NCBI RefSeq assembly: GCF_009914755.1 | Contig: NC_060936.1 | DNA from: the human T2T-CHM13v2.0 reference genome, Homo sapiens | Strand: one strand, 5' to 3' | Length of the DNA: 64,000 bases | In this document: positions 1 to 18,364 of the stretch, one piece after another | Numbering within the stretch: the stretch's first letter is position 1 | How the letters are laid out: each line of letters starts with the position of its first letter | Made by a program: the position numbers and the translations under genes | Notes under the pieces: generated by a model | Told to the model about the DNA's origin: nothing | Seen by the model: only the letters and a program-made list of their open reading frames with translations | Database searches by the model: none

Positions 1-429
1 TTCACCTGGCCTCCTGACCCACAGGGAGTGCCCCCACATCTGTCCCCAAGGCTTCTCTCCCCTCCCTTCCCTCTCTCCTTCCTGCTGCTTAAGAGCATTA
101 TTTGCTTCTTGCAAAATGGCCTTATGCTGGGGAGAGCCCCCTCTGCGTCCTACAGGTATTTCTGCTCTTGGCTGACTTGTTTTCACAGTGCCGATCTGAC
201 AGTTCTGCAATGGAAATGAGGGTTTTCTGGCATGGTTGTGGCAGGGTGCGGAAGCTTTACTCAGCTCAGACTCATGACAACGATGATTCCTCATAATAAG
301 CCCTCTCATCTGAGTCAGCTACCCAGGAATTCTATAAAATACGTGGGAAGAGGCCCCTGGTGGGAACTTAGATCCCGACGGTCACTCTTCCTGGTGTGGC
401 TGGTCCTGCCTTAGTTACTGCCACCTCCC

Positions 430-750
430 TCTGCCCTTCACAGCCAATTCCTACTTCTCCTTCAAGTCTGGTCTAAAATGTCACCTCCTTAGAGAGGCCC
501 TCCCAGATTGCTCATGTAAATAGCCTCTTCCCTCCATTCTCATCCTAGCTTCCTGTTTGCTTCCTTCAGCAGACTTAACCCAAATTACAATTTTACACAT
601 TCATGTTATTTGCGGGCTGTTAAGTATTAAAGATTCTGAAAGGGGTGGGGCTGGCGTCACGTTTTTCATTGATCCCTGCCCCAGCTCTGTCAGTGTCTAG
701 CACACAGTAGGTACTCCATGCATTTTCGGTGAATGAATAAAAACATTGTT
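430..750 (+). mobile_element. L2 LINE 3' fragment
   Basis: 'aaatgtcacctccttagagaggccctccc' and 'tctagcacacagtaggtactccatgcattttcggtgaatgaat' resemble the L2 3' terminus. Confidence 0.6.
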
Positions 751-1524
751 TGGAGCAGTGAGGGAGGCCCGGGGAAGCTGCTTTTTGGCAGTGAGAACAC
801 GCGGAGCTGGAGATCCTCCTGCAGGGAGCTGACTTCATCCTTCTTGTTCCCGTCCCAAACCTTGTCCAGAGGCTACAGGGAGGGAACTGTATGTACAACT
901 ATCTTTGCAGCTTTTCAGACTTCCGAACAAGCTGCCTTCCCAAGAAAACACATTACCCAGAGGCTTTTTCTCCCCTCCTGCTCAGACAGGCAGTGGCCCA
1001 AGGAACGGCGTTTTGTTTATGATAATAAAGTGGGACCCATGGCAACGCATTGTGATGTCATGGCAGTGTGAGATCATAAATCCTTCCAGGGGAAGAATGA
1101 AGCGCAGCGGACACAGTGGCTTCTCAGCCTCCCCTGGCCCAACTGAGGCTGTTGCTAGATATGTTTTTCCTGTATCAGGTGGTTCATTTCTTTTTTTCTT
1201 TTTCTTTTTGCCTCTTGATCTTTTTTTTCTTTTGTCCCTAAAGAAAAAAAATTAAAATAAATAAATAAAAGTTTTAAAAAAACTCTGAGTGGAAAGATTT
1301 GTCCCAGGAATTTCCTGCTGGCTAATGTCCAGTTCGCAGAGAATGCCAGCAATAATGGGAACAATGCTCACTCGTCCCGGACCTGTGATGAGAAAACTTT
1401 CCCAATTCCCCAGTTCCGTGGCTGAAATATGGCAAAGCCTTGGAGAGTTACTGGGCAGCGGACCATGGAGTTTGCAAGGAAAGATGTCCCTTGCTCACAC
1501 TCTTAGTCTGCCCGTCCACCGTCA

Positions 1525-1820
1525 ACCTTTCTCTCTCTTTTGCTCCTTCTCCATTTCTGTTTCTTCTTGCCACTCTCAATCTGTCTGGCTCTCTCTTACG
1601 TGGGTTTTCCGTTGTTTCTCCACCACTCTCCGTTTGTCCCTCTCCAGCTTCGTCTCGATCTCTCTTTCTCAGTCTCAGTCTGTGTTTTTCTTTCTCCACA
1701 TTTCATTCTCCTGCTGAGTCTGTCTGTCCCTCCCAGGCTCTGTCCTGGTGGTCCTCACTGGTTTGGACTCGCTGTTTCTCTCTTTCCCCACTCACTTTCC
1801 TCCTCCCTTCCCTCTGTGCT
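1525..1820. repeat. CT-rich low-complexity polypyrimidine tract
   Basis: ~300 bp dominated by tctc/tctg/ttct words. Confidence 0.8.
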
Positions 1821-2250
1821 TATGTTACTGAAGGAAATCACATTTGGAACTCTGAGGACTGAAGAAGGGCAAAGCTGCCCCTGGGGTTTTGTGATCTGCA
1901 AGCTGAGTGGCGACGGGTCCCTATTTCCAGGGTGGGTGTTCCGCGAGGCAAACCAGACCCCGACGCAGGATATCTACCCCCATTCAAGGAATATGTTGAG
2001 CCTGTGATACAGGAGCTGGAGAGAAGGTCACTGGCCAGTCTGCCAGGGCCTGTAGACTTTCCAGCACTTCTCCCTGCCAGCCCCACCCATGCCTTCTCTG
2101 CTACCATCCTCCCCACCCTCAGCACACACTGCAGATGGGGAGGAGAGGAGCTCACTTGGCGGGAGGAGGGAAGGGAGGGGAGTAGGCTCTTCCAATCTTT
2201 GGCCACCCCAGGGCCCTTGTTCTGCCTGGAGCCTCCTTTTGACAACCCAT

Positions 2251-2614
2251 ATTCTGTTCCGCAACAGCCCCCATACTTAATCTAAATCTGGGTTTTTCAG
2301 CCTCAGTCCTATTGACATTCAGTGCTGGATGATTATTTGCTGTGGGGGACTGTCCTGTGTTGTAAGATGTTTAGTGGCATCTCTGGCCTCTATTAGATGC
2401 CACCACGAACAACTCCCCTCGCATGGTCACAGCAAAAATGACTCCAGACCAAATGTCCTGTGGGGGTAGCGATGGGGGGTGGGGTTAAAACCACCCCTGG
2501 CTGAGAACCACTGGTCTAAACCATCTCTGCTCCTGCTCCTTCCATCCACATTCCTCCCTGTTACTCTCATTTTCTCTCTTGCTAAAACCCTCCATGGCTC
2601 CCTATTATTATTAG
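2251..2614 (+). repeat. Donor arm of local inverted duplication A
   Basis: Reverse complement aligns to 3355-3607, including non-MER20 flanks on both sides. Confidence 0.92.
2289..2513 (-). mobile_element. MER20 (hAT-Charlie) DNA transposon
   Basis: Reverse complement begins cagtggttctcagcc...ggacatttgg and ends ctgaggctgaaaaaccc, as in MER20. Confidence 0.8.
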
Positions 2615-3098
2615 TAGTAGTAGTAGTAGCAGTACCATGAATATCATAGCAAACACCTATATAGGGCTTTCTGTGTGCCAGGGATTTGGCCATGTGCTTT
2701 GTGTATATATTAACTAATTTCCTAGCCCCTATCTCACGGGGCTGTTGTGAGGTTGATCATGAGAAAGCAACATAGCACCTAGCCCAGTGCTAAGAGGTTG
2801 TTATTACTACGAGTCTGTGGGTCTTAGTGTCCCTAAGCCACACCCTGTCATGCCACTATGCTTTTGCACCTACCTTTCCCACTGCCTGGACCTACTTTGC
2901 CCCCTTTCTCCACTTGGTGCCCTTCTCCCCCACTGGGACCTGCTTCCCATCTGAGTGGCTCTCCCAAGACTTTCCTCTGGGCCTAGAGCACCCTGGGCCC
3001 CTCCACTGGAGGCTCCTATCTCCAGTTCAGCAGACTGACCAGGAGCTGGAGGTGGTACAGGGGCGATGGTTTATTCAGGGGTACTGGGTCTGGAGGTT

Positions 3099-3613
<515 letters not shown>

Positions 3614-4816
3614 TGGGTCTGCAGGTTATAATGAATAAGGGCGAGTACCTTTGGTGGGAAACCTAAGAATGATGAGGGCAGAAATAAGCATCAAAGTCCC
3701 ACCATACCCTCCATCCCCCCAGCCCCCCACCCCCCATACCCCCATCCCCACCTCGGTCTCAGGGCTACACCTATCCTCTATACTGTCTCCCTGGTGCCAT
3801 GTGACCCAAACCCGGCCAATGAGATGAAGCCACGCCCCTGGTCACAGTCAATGGCTTGTGGCTGTGCACGTGACTTCACTTGGTCCAGTGACATTTTTGG
3901 ACACGAGGTGGGGTTAAAGGTGAACCTGGGTGCGGCTCCCTGCAGTGGTCCTGTCGGGAATCAATGTCAAGAAAGCTGGGACTGAGATGGAGCTGGAGGC
4001 TGGAGGCCGCTATTTGAGGCCTGTGGGCAGGCGGTGCCGGAAGTTCTGCCTTGGGCTCCCCACCTCCGGGGCCCTGAGTCCGTCTGTTTCCCTGAAGCTG
4101 TTGGGAGTTGGTTTTCTTCCTTCTCCCTCAGTCACGCCCCCGACTCCCATGCTGGTGCCTTGTGCCCCTTGGTCTTCCCACCCTGCCTTTCGAAACCCTC
4201 CTTTCTGTGGAGCCCTGGGTTCTTCCCATCTCAGACATGAATCCTCCAGAATTAATGAGAACCCCTGGGGCCCCCGCTTAGCCCTGCACACTGGGTTTGC
4301 AGACCTCCCTCCCCAAGCTCGAGGTGATGCCACAGGAACTGAAAACGCATCGACGGGCCCCCAGGGAGGAGGAGGGGACTGCCCAGTGGCTCTCACTTTA
4401 GGGTCTGTCTGCTTAGGGCCAGATCTAGACACGCAGACCTCCCGCAGAGCAACTGGAAAGCCCGATGTGGGGGCGAGCTCGGGGAGCCCACATCTGCACG
4501 TGTCCTTGTACAGGGTGCCCCAAGTTCTACCACAGCCCCAATGCCTCTTTGCACAGCCCTCCCCTCCGCCCTGCGCCTCCAGCTGCAGCAAAGGCAGCTC
4601 ACTAAAAAAGTGAGCTGTGGTGGGGAGGCTTGGGGGGCAGGAGGGATGGCAAAAATCACTCATGTGGATGCAACTGTACCTTCTAAAATGAAGTACAGAT
4701 GGGCAAATTAGGGTGCTCATGTGTATGCAAACCCTGTGTATGAACTAACGTGCGTGGCATGCTGCAGATCACATTTTCATACCAACAGCATGGCTTTAGT
4801 GCATTAGGCATAGGCC

Positions 4817-4857
4817 CGCGTACACACACACACGCACACACACACACGTATACACAC
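4817..4857. repeat. (CA)n-type alternating purine-pyrimidine microsatellite
   Basis: cgcgtacacacacacacgcacacacacacacgtatacacac. Confidence 0.85.
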
Positions 4858-5149
4858 CAGTGTTAAGCACTTTTAAGCACCACTCCATGAAGGATTCTGA
4901 AATCCTAAATTGGGGACAAATGTGCGGCAGGGTGCTGCAAAGACAGTGAGTGTTGGGAGAAGCCAAGAAATGATTCTTCATTGTATACACGGTGTCCTCC
5001 ACCTACTCCAAATGTAAATGGCCCCCAGTATCTGGGGTTCTGGGAAGCTGGCAAAGCCACCCCCAACCCAGCTACTTTCTTGCCACTTTCCATCCTCACG
5101 CCCAGATGGTGCCCAAGATATAATCGCCATATAACCCCCCTCCCCAAGG

Positions 5150-5520
5150 CTTCAAGCCATGGAATAAATTTCGAGCCATGCTATAAACTGTGCTTTTGGA
5201 TGTCATTGAGCGCGCCCGTGCCAATGACATCACTGTTTCCATGGCAACTAATATAATTAACATGAGAGAAAGTGCAAGGAGAAAGAGAAGGAAAAGAGGG
5301 AAAACACCAAGTCCAACCCCAAACAGAGAAAATTACACGGTGGGGGAGAGGAGGGGGGCAGAGGGGCCTATAAAATGTTTTACTGCTACTTGTTAGAAAG
5401 GCCCGGCATAACTCCGCTCATAGCTGTGGGGGTAATGAGATCATTTGCAAACTGTATCTCTTGCAAAATACAGAAAGGGCTTTGTCGCCTTCACAGTTTA
5501 TGGAGTTGAAACAGAGGAGC
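5150..5520. promoter_or_regulatory. Candidate enhancer with RFX X-box
   Basis: Repeat-free block; GTTTCCATGGCAAC at 5235-5248 next to TGACATCA and TAATTA. Confidence 0.55.
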
Positions 5521-5793
5521 CTGCTCCAGGTGAAGCGGGAACTCCTCCATCTCCTTCCCGGTTCAAGGTTCTTATTAAGCCAGGTCTGCTCTACGCCGGA
5601 CTCGAAGAGACATAAGCACACCCAGGTTTGGTCCTCTGGGTGTTCATATTCCCAGACGGGAAGTGTGAACACATTGAAACATATCCAGGCGTGAAGCAGA
5701 GATGGGCAAGGAGATAAAGCAAACACTCATACTTCTGTGTACAGCAGCAGCACCTCATACCCAGGCTGGGCATTCCAGCTCATAAAAGTCGTT

Positions 5794-6445
<652 letters not shown>

Positions 6446-6877
6446 TCAACAGATGAGCACATCGAGGCTCCAAGAGGAAAGCCAACTGGCCTGAGTTGGC
6501 CAAGCTGAGCCTTGAACCCAGCTCTGTCAGACTCTGAGGCACTATTTCAGAGTTGTCGGCCTGCTTAGGGTGGAGTCTGAAGAAATCTTTCGTCCAGTCC
6601 TGGCTTTCATCCTGTGAGCACTAGTTTAAATCATTCTTCCTCACTATGCCTCGGTTTCTCCAGTTTCCACTACTTGACACGGTCAGAGTCGGAAGGGTGT
6701 GGAAGAAATGCACCATCCCAGTCCATGGCCAACCTCAGGAAGTCCATCCCAGTCCATGGCCAGCTGGGCCTGCGAGAGCACCTCACCCAAGGCTTTCAAC
6801 CGCCATCTGACAGAGACGTGGGGTTCCTCAGAGAGATTTGGGGTGCATATGGGGTTGGGGATGCTAGGAATAGTGGG

Positions 6878-6945
6878 GGCAAGACTGCTACTTAATTTGT
6901 GGTGTCCATGTAAAATGAAAACATGAGGCCCTTATTCAAAAAGAG
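6878..6945 (-). mobile_element. MER45-like hAT fragment
   Basis: ctacttaatttgtggtgtccatgtaaaatgaaaacatgaggcccttattcaaaa resembles the MER45 terminus. Confidence 0.5.
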
Positions 6946-6976
6946 GGCACTGTACTGTTAAAAGTACTAAAATAGT

Positions 6977-7284
6977 GGCCAGGCGCGGTGGCTAACACCT
7001 GTAATCCCAGCACTTTGGGAGGCCGAGGCGGGTAGATCACTTGAGGTCAGGAGTTTGAGACCAGCCTGGCCAACATGGTGAAACCCCGTCTCTACTAAAA
7101 ATACAAAAATTAGCTGGGTGTGGGGGCGGGTGCCTGTAATCCCAGCTACTCAGGAGGCTGAGGCAGGAGACTTGCTTGAACCCGGGAGGCAGAGGTTGCA
7201 GTGAGCTGAGATTGGGTCACTGCACTTCAGCCTGGGTGACAGAGGGAGAGGGAGACTCTGTCTCAAAAAAAAAAAAAAAAAAAA
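6977..7284 (+). mobile_element. AluS
   Basis: Full dimer with poly-A tail. Confidence 0.95.
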
Positions 7285-8622
<1,338 letters not shown>

Positions 8623-8699
8623 CTATTAAGAAAAGACAAGACACTCCAACACCCCCTCCCCACACACACACCTAGTCCAAAGCCTTCATAGAATGGATG

Positions 8700-8890
8700 A
8701 AGGCAACACAGTGAAGTGTTCACAATCATGGACTCTAGAGGCAGGAGATCTGGGTTCAAATCCTTGTTGTGCTACTCCAGCTGTGTGACCTTGGGCAGCT
8801 GACTTGACCTCTCTGAGCTTTAGTTGTCTCATATGTCAAAAGGAGGTGAAATTAACAGTTCTACCATCACAGAGTTGTAGAGATCAGAGG
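8700..8890 (+). mobile_element. MIR
   Basis: ctgggttcaaatcc...ctgtgtgaccttgggcag core. Confidence 0.75.
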
Positions 8891-10212
8891 GGGGACTTCA
8901 AATGAAGGCATAAGACTTGGCCAAGCTGGTGAGGCTGCACTCTGGGGTGGGGATCCACCCATAGACAAAAATTAGCTGGAGCCTTTTCCATCTGCATCAG
9001 CGCAGCCCTGGGACAGAGCATGTCTTTTGAACATATCTATTATACATCCAGGAATGGCTTGGTTTACATGATGACCTTATTGAGTAATGGCAACTCTTAA
9101 TGCAAAATGCCAGAGTTCACACCTGGTCACTGGGTTGTATCATTGGCCTTCAAAAAAGATGGTGTGATCGCAAGTTTTCTATGATAAAGACACATTCAAA
9201 AAGAAATGAGGGTCAGTCCAGATGCAGGAGCTGTGGTATTGGAAGAAATACTTCCACTGGATTTCTTAAGAGTTCTTCAAAAGGGGGCGGTCTCCACTTC
9301 TCCCTTCCTCTCTTCTGCGCTCCTCTCCCCTAAGCCTTTTCATGCCTATATTGCTCATGAAAAATCTTAACAGTGGTAGATGTCCTTCCCCTTATAAGGA
9401 TACCTGTAATCTCTGAACCATGCCAAACCTGATCTCTTGGGAGGTTGGTGCCCCTCCATTCTGAAGATTGTTTGTAAACATAAATGGAACCATCTACTGG
9501 GTTCTTTCTTGGACAGCTTAGAGAAAAAGGAGACTAACCCCCAGCAGAGGCTGTATACATGTGCTTGGACAACATGGACTTGTCTCCTTTTTAGCCAAGC
9601 TTATTAACTCTCTGGAGCCTTGAGGCCCTCGTCTATGAATGATGGACAGTAGTATTGCCTACCATCCAAGCCTATGGTAGAACTAAAGGAGACAGTGCAT
9701 AGAGAGTGTGGCGGCCCGAGGTCTGGCATTCAGGAGAGATTGGTTATGATTTACTGAGCTCCAACTAGGAGCTATGCCAGCAGTTGACATTGAGAAATCT
9801 CAAACTACGTAACCATCCTCCAAGCAAGATCTTATCTCCCTTTCTCAGGTGAGGAAACTGAGGCACAGGGCAGTTAACAAGCTTGCCTAAGGCCCCCCGG
9901 GGAATGCTGAGAAGATGCAGAAAAGCCCACGGTCTGAGTAAGGCTAAGGCACAGTGAGGGATGGACTTGTGTTGCAAGACCCACAGTCCTTAATTCAATT
10001 CAGCAACTCTTTATGGAGCACCTACTGTGGGCTGAGTGAAACAAACCTAGACCCTGCCCTTGGCGATTCCCCCAAAGAAGAGCATCAGTGCACACCCAAG
10101 ACCCAGCTGCCCACTTCTGGGGTCATGAACCAAATGCAGGAAGTCGAGCCCTTGCCCAACAATGGAGCTCTTGGGTGCTGGCACCTAAGACCTCAGAATG
10201 TACCCAGAGCAT

Positions 10213-10655
<443 letters not shown>

Positions 10656-11415
10656 TGATAGGCAGGCAGGATGTAATGATTATGTGAATCTCATCTCATT
10701 CTCACAAGCAGCCAATAAGCTAAGTTCCATTATTATCCCCATTTCACAGATGAGGAGACTGAGGCTCAGTCGAGGTCAAATGGGGCAAGCAGAGGCTAGA
10801 GTCAGCTGTGTCTTCTGGAAGAAGGGTTTTTTCCCCCCTAATTCCCACCATGCTACCCTACAGGCTAGCAGCAATTCTATGAACAGAGAGGGGATTTGCA
10901 CTGAAATTGATGTTCCCTCAGCGACTGGGCTCTTAACCACAACCCTCTAAACTGCCCAGATTACACTGCACTAAGGCAGCAACCCTAGCTTCAGCATTTT
11001 CTATACCCTTGGAACAGTGGGTTGAAACATTTACTAAATCATATCTTTGGAGCTTCCCAGGAAAGGGGAACTATTCAAATCCAAGGCGATAGTTTTCCTT
11101 TCATTCATAGCACAAGGTCTGCTGTTTGGGGCATTTGGTGCGAGGTGTGCAAACACTGCCAGCTGTAAATATTAATGTTGAGAATCATGGCTGAGCCCAT
11201 TATCAGCAGGGCTCAGGTTGACTCACAGGTGGCCTTGGACAAGCTGCATCTGAAGGATGCAAAAGGCACCACCTGCCCCAGCAGTCCCCCGACTGGCCTA
11301 CCACAGCCTGAACTTCCCATATCAGACCTTAATGAACTCAAAGGCAGCATGTGGCTGTCTCCTGCAGGCTGCTAAGATAATGCGTGTTTCCCAAGGAAGG
11401 ACTCTGGTTCTGTGA

Positions 11416-11722
<307 letters not shown>

Positions 11723-12675
11723 TGGGATTGTTTTAAAAAGCAGTCCTGACCCCACTCCAAATTTGGAACCCAGGGGATGGTAAGCTCTGTGCTCACTTGG
11801 CCAGGGCATTGTACTTCCCTTGCCCTCCACCAGAAAGCACTTTGTGCAACTCTAAAGCCCCAGAGGAATGGAAGGAACTGTTTCTCCATTTACGCTTGTT
11901 GGTGCTGCATTGCTTGGTCACATGTCTCAACTTTCCTGCCCCCTCCCCTTCCAGTCTAGGAGTCTAGGGAGATTTTTACACATGACATCTGCTTCCTAAA
12001 CATTCCAGTTAAGCCCATGAGTAATGCCCGTCCGTTCCTCTGGTTGCTCTTCCTTCACTGCCCACTTTCACTGCTCCACTTTTCCCCTACCTGCCTGAGT
12101 CAGGTCCCTGGTGCCTGGGAGATCTGGGTGACAAGTGCATTTCACTGGGGTGCGCTGGGCGTGGGGACAGGGAAGGAATTTGGGGTGTGAGGGTCAAACA
12201 AGTGACTTTGCAGGATGAAGGGGGTGCCTATAAAATAGGGGGACAGCTCCAAGTCAATCTGTCCAGGACAGTTTTTCCCAGGGCTGCTGTGATGGAGCTC
12301 CATACCATGGCGGGATCTCTACTGGGCACGGTATGAGATTTACCTTCCTTGGCAAGATGGAAGGATCAATTAATGATGCTTGGAAAGTGCTAGGGCCATG
12401 CCCGATACATAGTAAATCACTGTTGTTATTTTGGCTCATGTATTCCCCAACTTATGGCAGAATGTGTCCTCTCCTGTGCAGTGCTCACCGTCGTCCACAC
12501 ATATTCACAAAGCCCCCAAGCACCCATGAGGTGCCAGATGCAGTAGGTAACACCCAGATGTGGAAAGAAACTTCCTGATCACTTGCTCAATGCTAGGCCC
12601 TTGACCTGGGTTGCTTTGCACGGCCCTCCAGGGACCCTAATAGGAAGACAGAGTGACTTTTATTTTATAGATTCA

Positions 12676-13029
<354 letters not shown>

Positions 13030-13356
13030 TCAGTATCTTGTTTAAGGGGCAGAACTGGGCTTTGAAGCCTGCTGACGTCTGGGACCAGAGCTCATGGCTT
13101 CATCTGGCCCTCTCATGTAGAAGATACAATCCTGCCTTCTAGAAGCTTAAGAACTGCAAGTCAGTCAATGACCTCAGACGAGCATCGATATGGGAGATGT
13201 AAGCTCAGTGGAGGCAGATCTCACTGTAGGCAAGAAGGCTTCCAGAAGTCCCCTTTAAGTGGACATGGAGGACTCTGATAGGAGCGAGCCAACAGGACAC
13301 ATTAAAAAGGAGCAGAGGGAATTCGGATGCCAGTTAGACTTGGGGACAAGAGGTGA

Positions 13357-13755
<399 letters not shown>

Positions 13756-14056
13756 CTGGTGTCAGTTTTTTAAAGGAAGAAAGTGACAAGGAAGCAGTGT
13801 CTTGGGAAAATCCATCCAGTTGTGTATCATCATGGTAACTGCAAATACTTCGATGACTACTTTTTGTTCATGCAGCTTCGTATCAGGCACTATGTTCAAC
13901 CCTTTAATGTCTTATTTCGTTTGTTCAAATAACAGTTTGTGGGAGGTTTTAGAATCATCCCCATTTCCAGTGTCCATCTTTCTATTTCCAGATATTGGGA
14001 TGAGGTGAATGTATTTTGCATGTAAGATGGACATGAACTTTGAGGGATCAGAAGGT

Positions 14057-15378
<1,322 letters not shown>

Positions 15379-15855
15379 TTTTGGACATTTGGGATTCTGA
15401 CTTCAGGCCCAGACCCCCTCTGCTTTGGCCTGACAAAGGGAGACAGGGACAGTGACTGATGGCATTATGGAGGCCTGCTGGGGTTTGGAGCAGAAAGCAG
15501 GGCTGCTGCATCCATAAGGATGTGTGCCCTGGGTCCCACATAGCACCCAGTGCACAGTAGGTGCTCTGCATGTGTGCATGGCGATGGAAACTGTCTGCCC
15601 TAGTAGGTGCTGAGTCCTACTGCACAGTGGTTGTCCACTATTATGAAGGGGAGTGTGAAGACCTCTGAGACAGAGCGAGTGAAAGGAGGAAAGTGAGAGA
15701 AAGTAAACGGTCTGGATCAGGGTTTGGAGACCAGGAGACACGCGAGGACTGTGCCCGCTTCTCTCCCCTTCAGCCATCAGACAGGGACTGGCTAATTGGA
15801 AGGTTCTCAACTGCATCATGCATTTTATTTACGATTGATTGATTTAAAAAAAATA

Positions 15856-16137
<282 letters not shown>

Positions 16138-16294
16138 TAAACCTGACTCTTTCTCCAGTGTGGAGAACTGGAAATAATTCCAAGATCATTCCAAGTGATA
16201 ATTTTAAGTGCCAGCCTATTAAAATCAGATTCTTATACCCTCATCACTCCCCACAAAAACCACACAACTCTCACAGCAAAAAGTCCTAAATGGG

Positions 16295-16609
<315 letters not shown>

Positions 16610-17284
16610 CTAAATGGTCCCTATGATACTAAAGGGCTAGAGAGCATATTTGTCCTTTGTTAAAAAAAATTCTTATCTCTCAGCATACAGGAGAGATAGC
16701 AGATATTTTTCAGATAGGCTGCTGATTCTTTTTAATCAAAAGGAAATTTAAAAAAAACGGGATGATGTACATTTCTTATGGGGGAGAGCGGGAGTCTTAT
16801 TCCTTGCCTGTCTCAAAATAGCCTGATGGAACACAGTATTTGCATTATACTCAGGGTCAGCTGCTCTGGGGACCGTGGCCCAGCCCTGCCTGGAGAAAGG
16901 AGCGAGGGGCTGAGTTTTTAGATTTACTGCATTAATGCTTCTCTAGTTTCTGTGGAGTAGCCACTGGAGAGAGGCTTGGCTGCGGATGTAGTGAAAGAAA
17001 TATGCAGAAATGCAGTAACAATAACTAAATATAACTCACATCTGAAATGCCTTTCACTGCACCAGAGTGCTTTCCAAATATATTATCTTATTAAATCCAT
17101 ACAAGAGCTGAGGGAGGTAGGGTCCTCTCCTGCCCCTGTCTTATGGGGGAACGGATTTGCAGAGCCCAGGTCTCACGACGGCATGTTCTTTCATTGCACC
17201 TGTGGTCTTCTGCATGGGCTTCCCGGAGGATCCAGATTCCACGGAGATGCCCTGGGCACAGACAGTGGAGATGGGGCTATGTTC

Positions 17285-17685
17285 ATTAAGGCAATGCCAG
17301 CTGCTGCAACAAACTGACCCACAAGTATCCATGAGTTAATACAGCATCCACTTATGTCTCACTATGTGGAATCCAAAATGGGTGCCCCTGTTTCTCAGGT
17401 AACCTTCCATAGGGTCATTTAGGGATCCCAGCCCCTTCCAGCTTGCTCTGCTCACCACTCAGCCTTTGCATCCTCTGTATTTAGCCTGCAGGTGGAAAAG
17501 GGTTTTTATGAACCAGGCCTGGAAAGGCCTCCCCCTGCCCCTGCCATCACTTCCGTCCACTATCCATTGGGTAGTGCTCAGTCACGTGGCTATATTTATC
17601 TGCAAAGGAGGCTGGGAAATGCAGCCCAGCTTTATTGCTGGAGAAAGAGGACTGGGTATGGTGAAGAGCCAGCCATTCTGTTTCC
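17285..17685 (-). mobile_element. Ancient MLT1-type LTR
   Basis: gctgctgcaacaaac...agtcacgtggc...tgcaaaggaggctgggaaatgcag. Confidence 0.55.
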
Positions 17686-17715
17686 TGGGATCTTCCATTC
17701 TTTTTAAAAAATCGT

Positions 17716-18004
17716 TTTTAAGAGATGACGTCTTGCTCTGTCACCCAGGCTGGAGTGCAGTGGCACAATCATAGCTTACTGCAGCCTCAAACTCCTGGGC
17801 TCAAGTGACCCTCCTGCCTCAGCCTCCCAAGTAGCTGAGACTACAGGTGTGCACCACCACACCAGGCTAAGTTTAAAATATTTTTGTAGAGATGGGGTCT
17901 TGCTACGCTGCCCGGGCTGCTCTGAAACTTCTGGCCTCAAGCAATCCTCCTACCTCAGCCTTCCAAAATGCTGGGATTATGGGTGTGAGCCACCATGCCC
18001 AGCC
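17716..18004 (-). mobile_element. AluJ
   Basis: Antisense dimer with J-type 'gcagcctcaaactcctgggctcaag'. Confidence 0.9.
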
Positions 18005-18364
18005 TCCACTCCTACTTCCTGTTCCAAGCAGGGCAGCTCTGATTTTATGCATTTCATATATTGCATTCTGCATAAAATTTAGTTTGAAAAAAGGGCATCC
18101 CAGGACTTTATGAAAAATGTGTCAAGGCTCTAGATCAGTGGCCCTCAGACAAGGTTGATCATCTAAATCAATCAGGGAGGTTGTGAAAAACAGATTCATG
18201 GACCACTCTCTTGGTAATTCTGATTCTGCAAATACAAGGTCCTTTGTATGTCCAGCTGGCATCTATACCAAGCTTCTTCACTTGCCTTTGCAAATTAATG
18301 AACAGATTGGTGAAGGATGGAGACAGCAGATGATCATGGGGCATCAAAGATAGAGATAGCAAGA

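Noticed and set aside
3930-4720. Longest ORFs (227 and 236 aa, overlapping on opposite strands)
   Set aside because: Pro/Gly/Ser-rich translation of GC-rich DNA with no family resemblance; the starts are mostly non-ATG.
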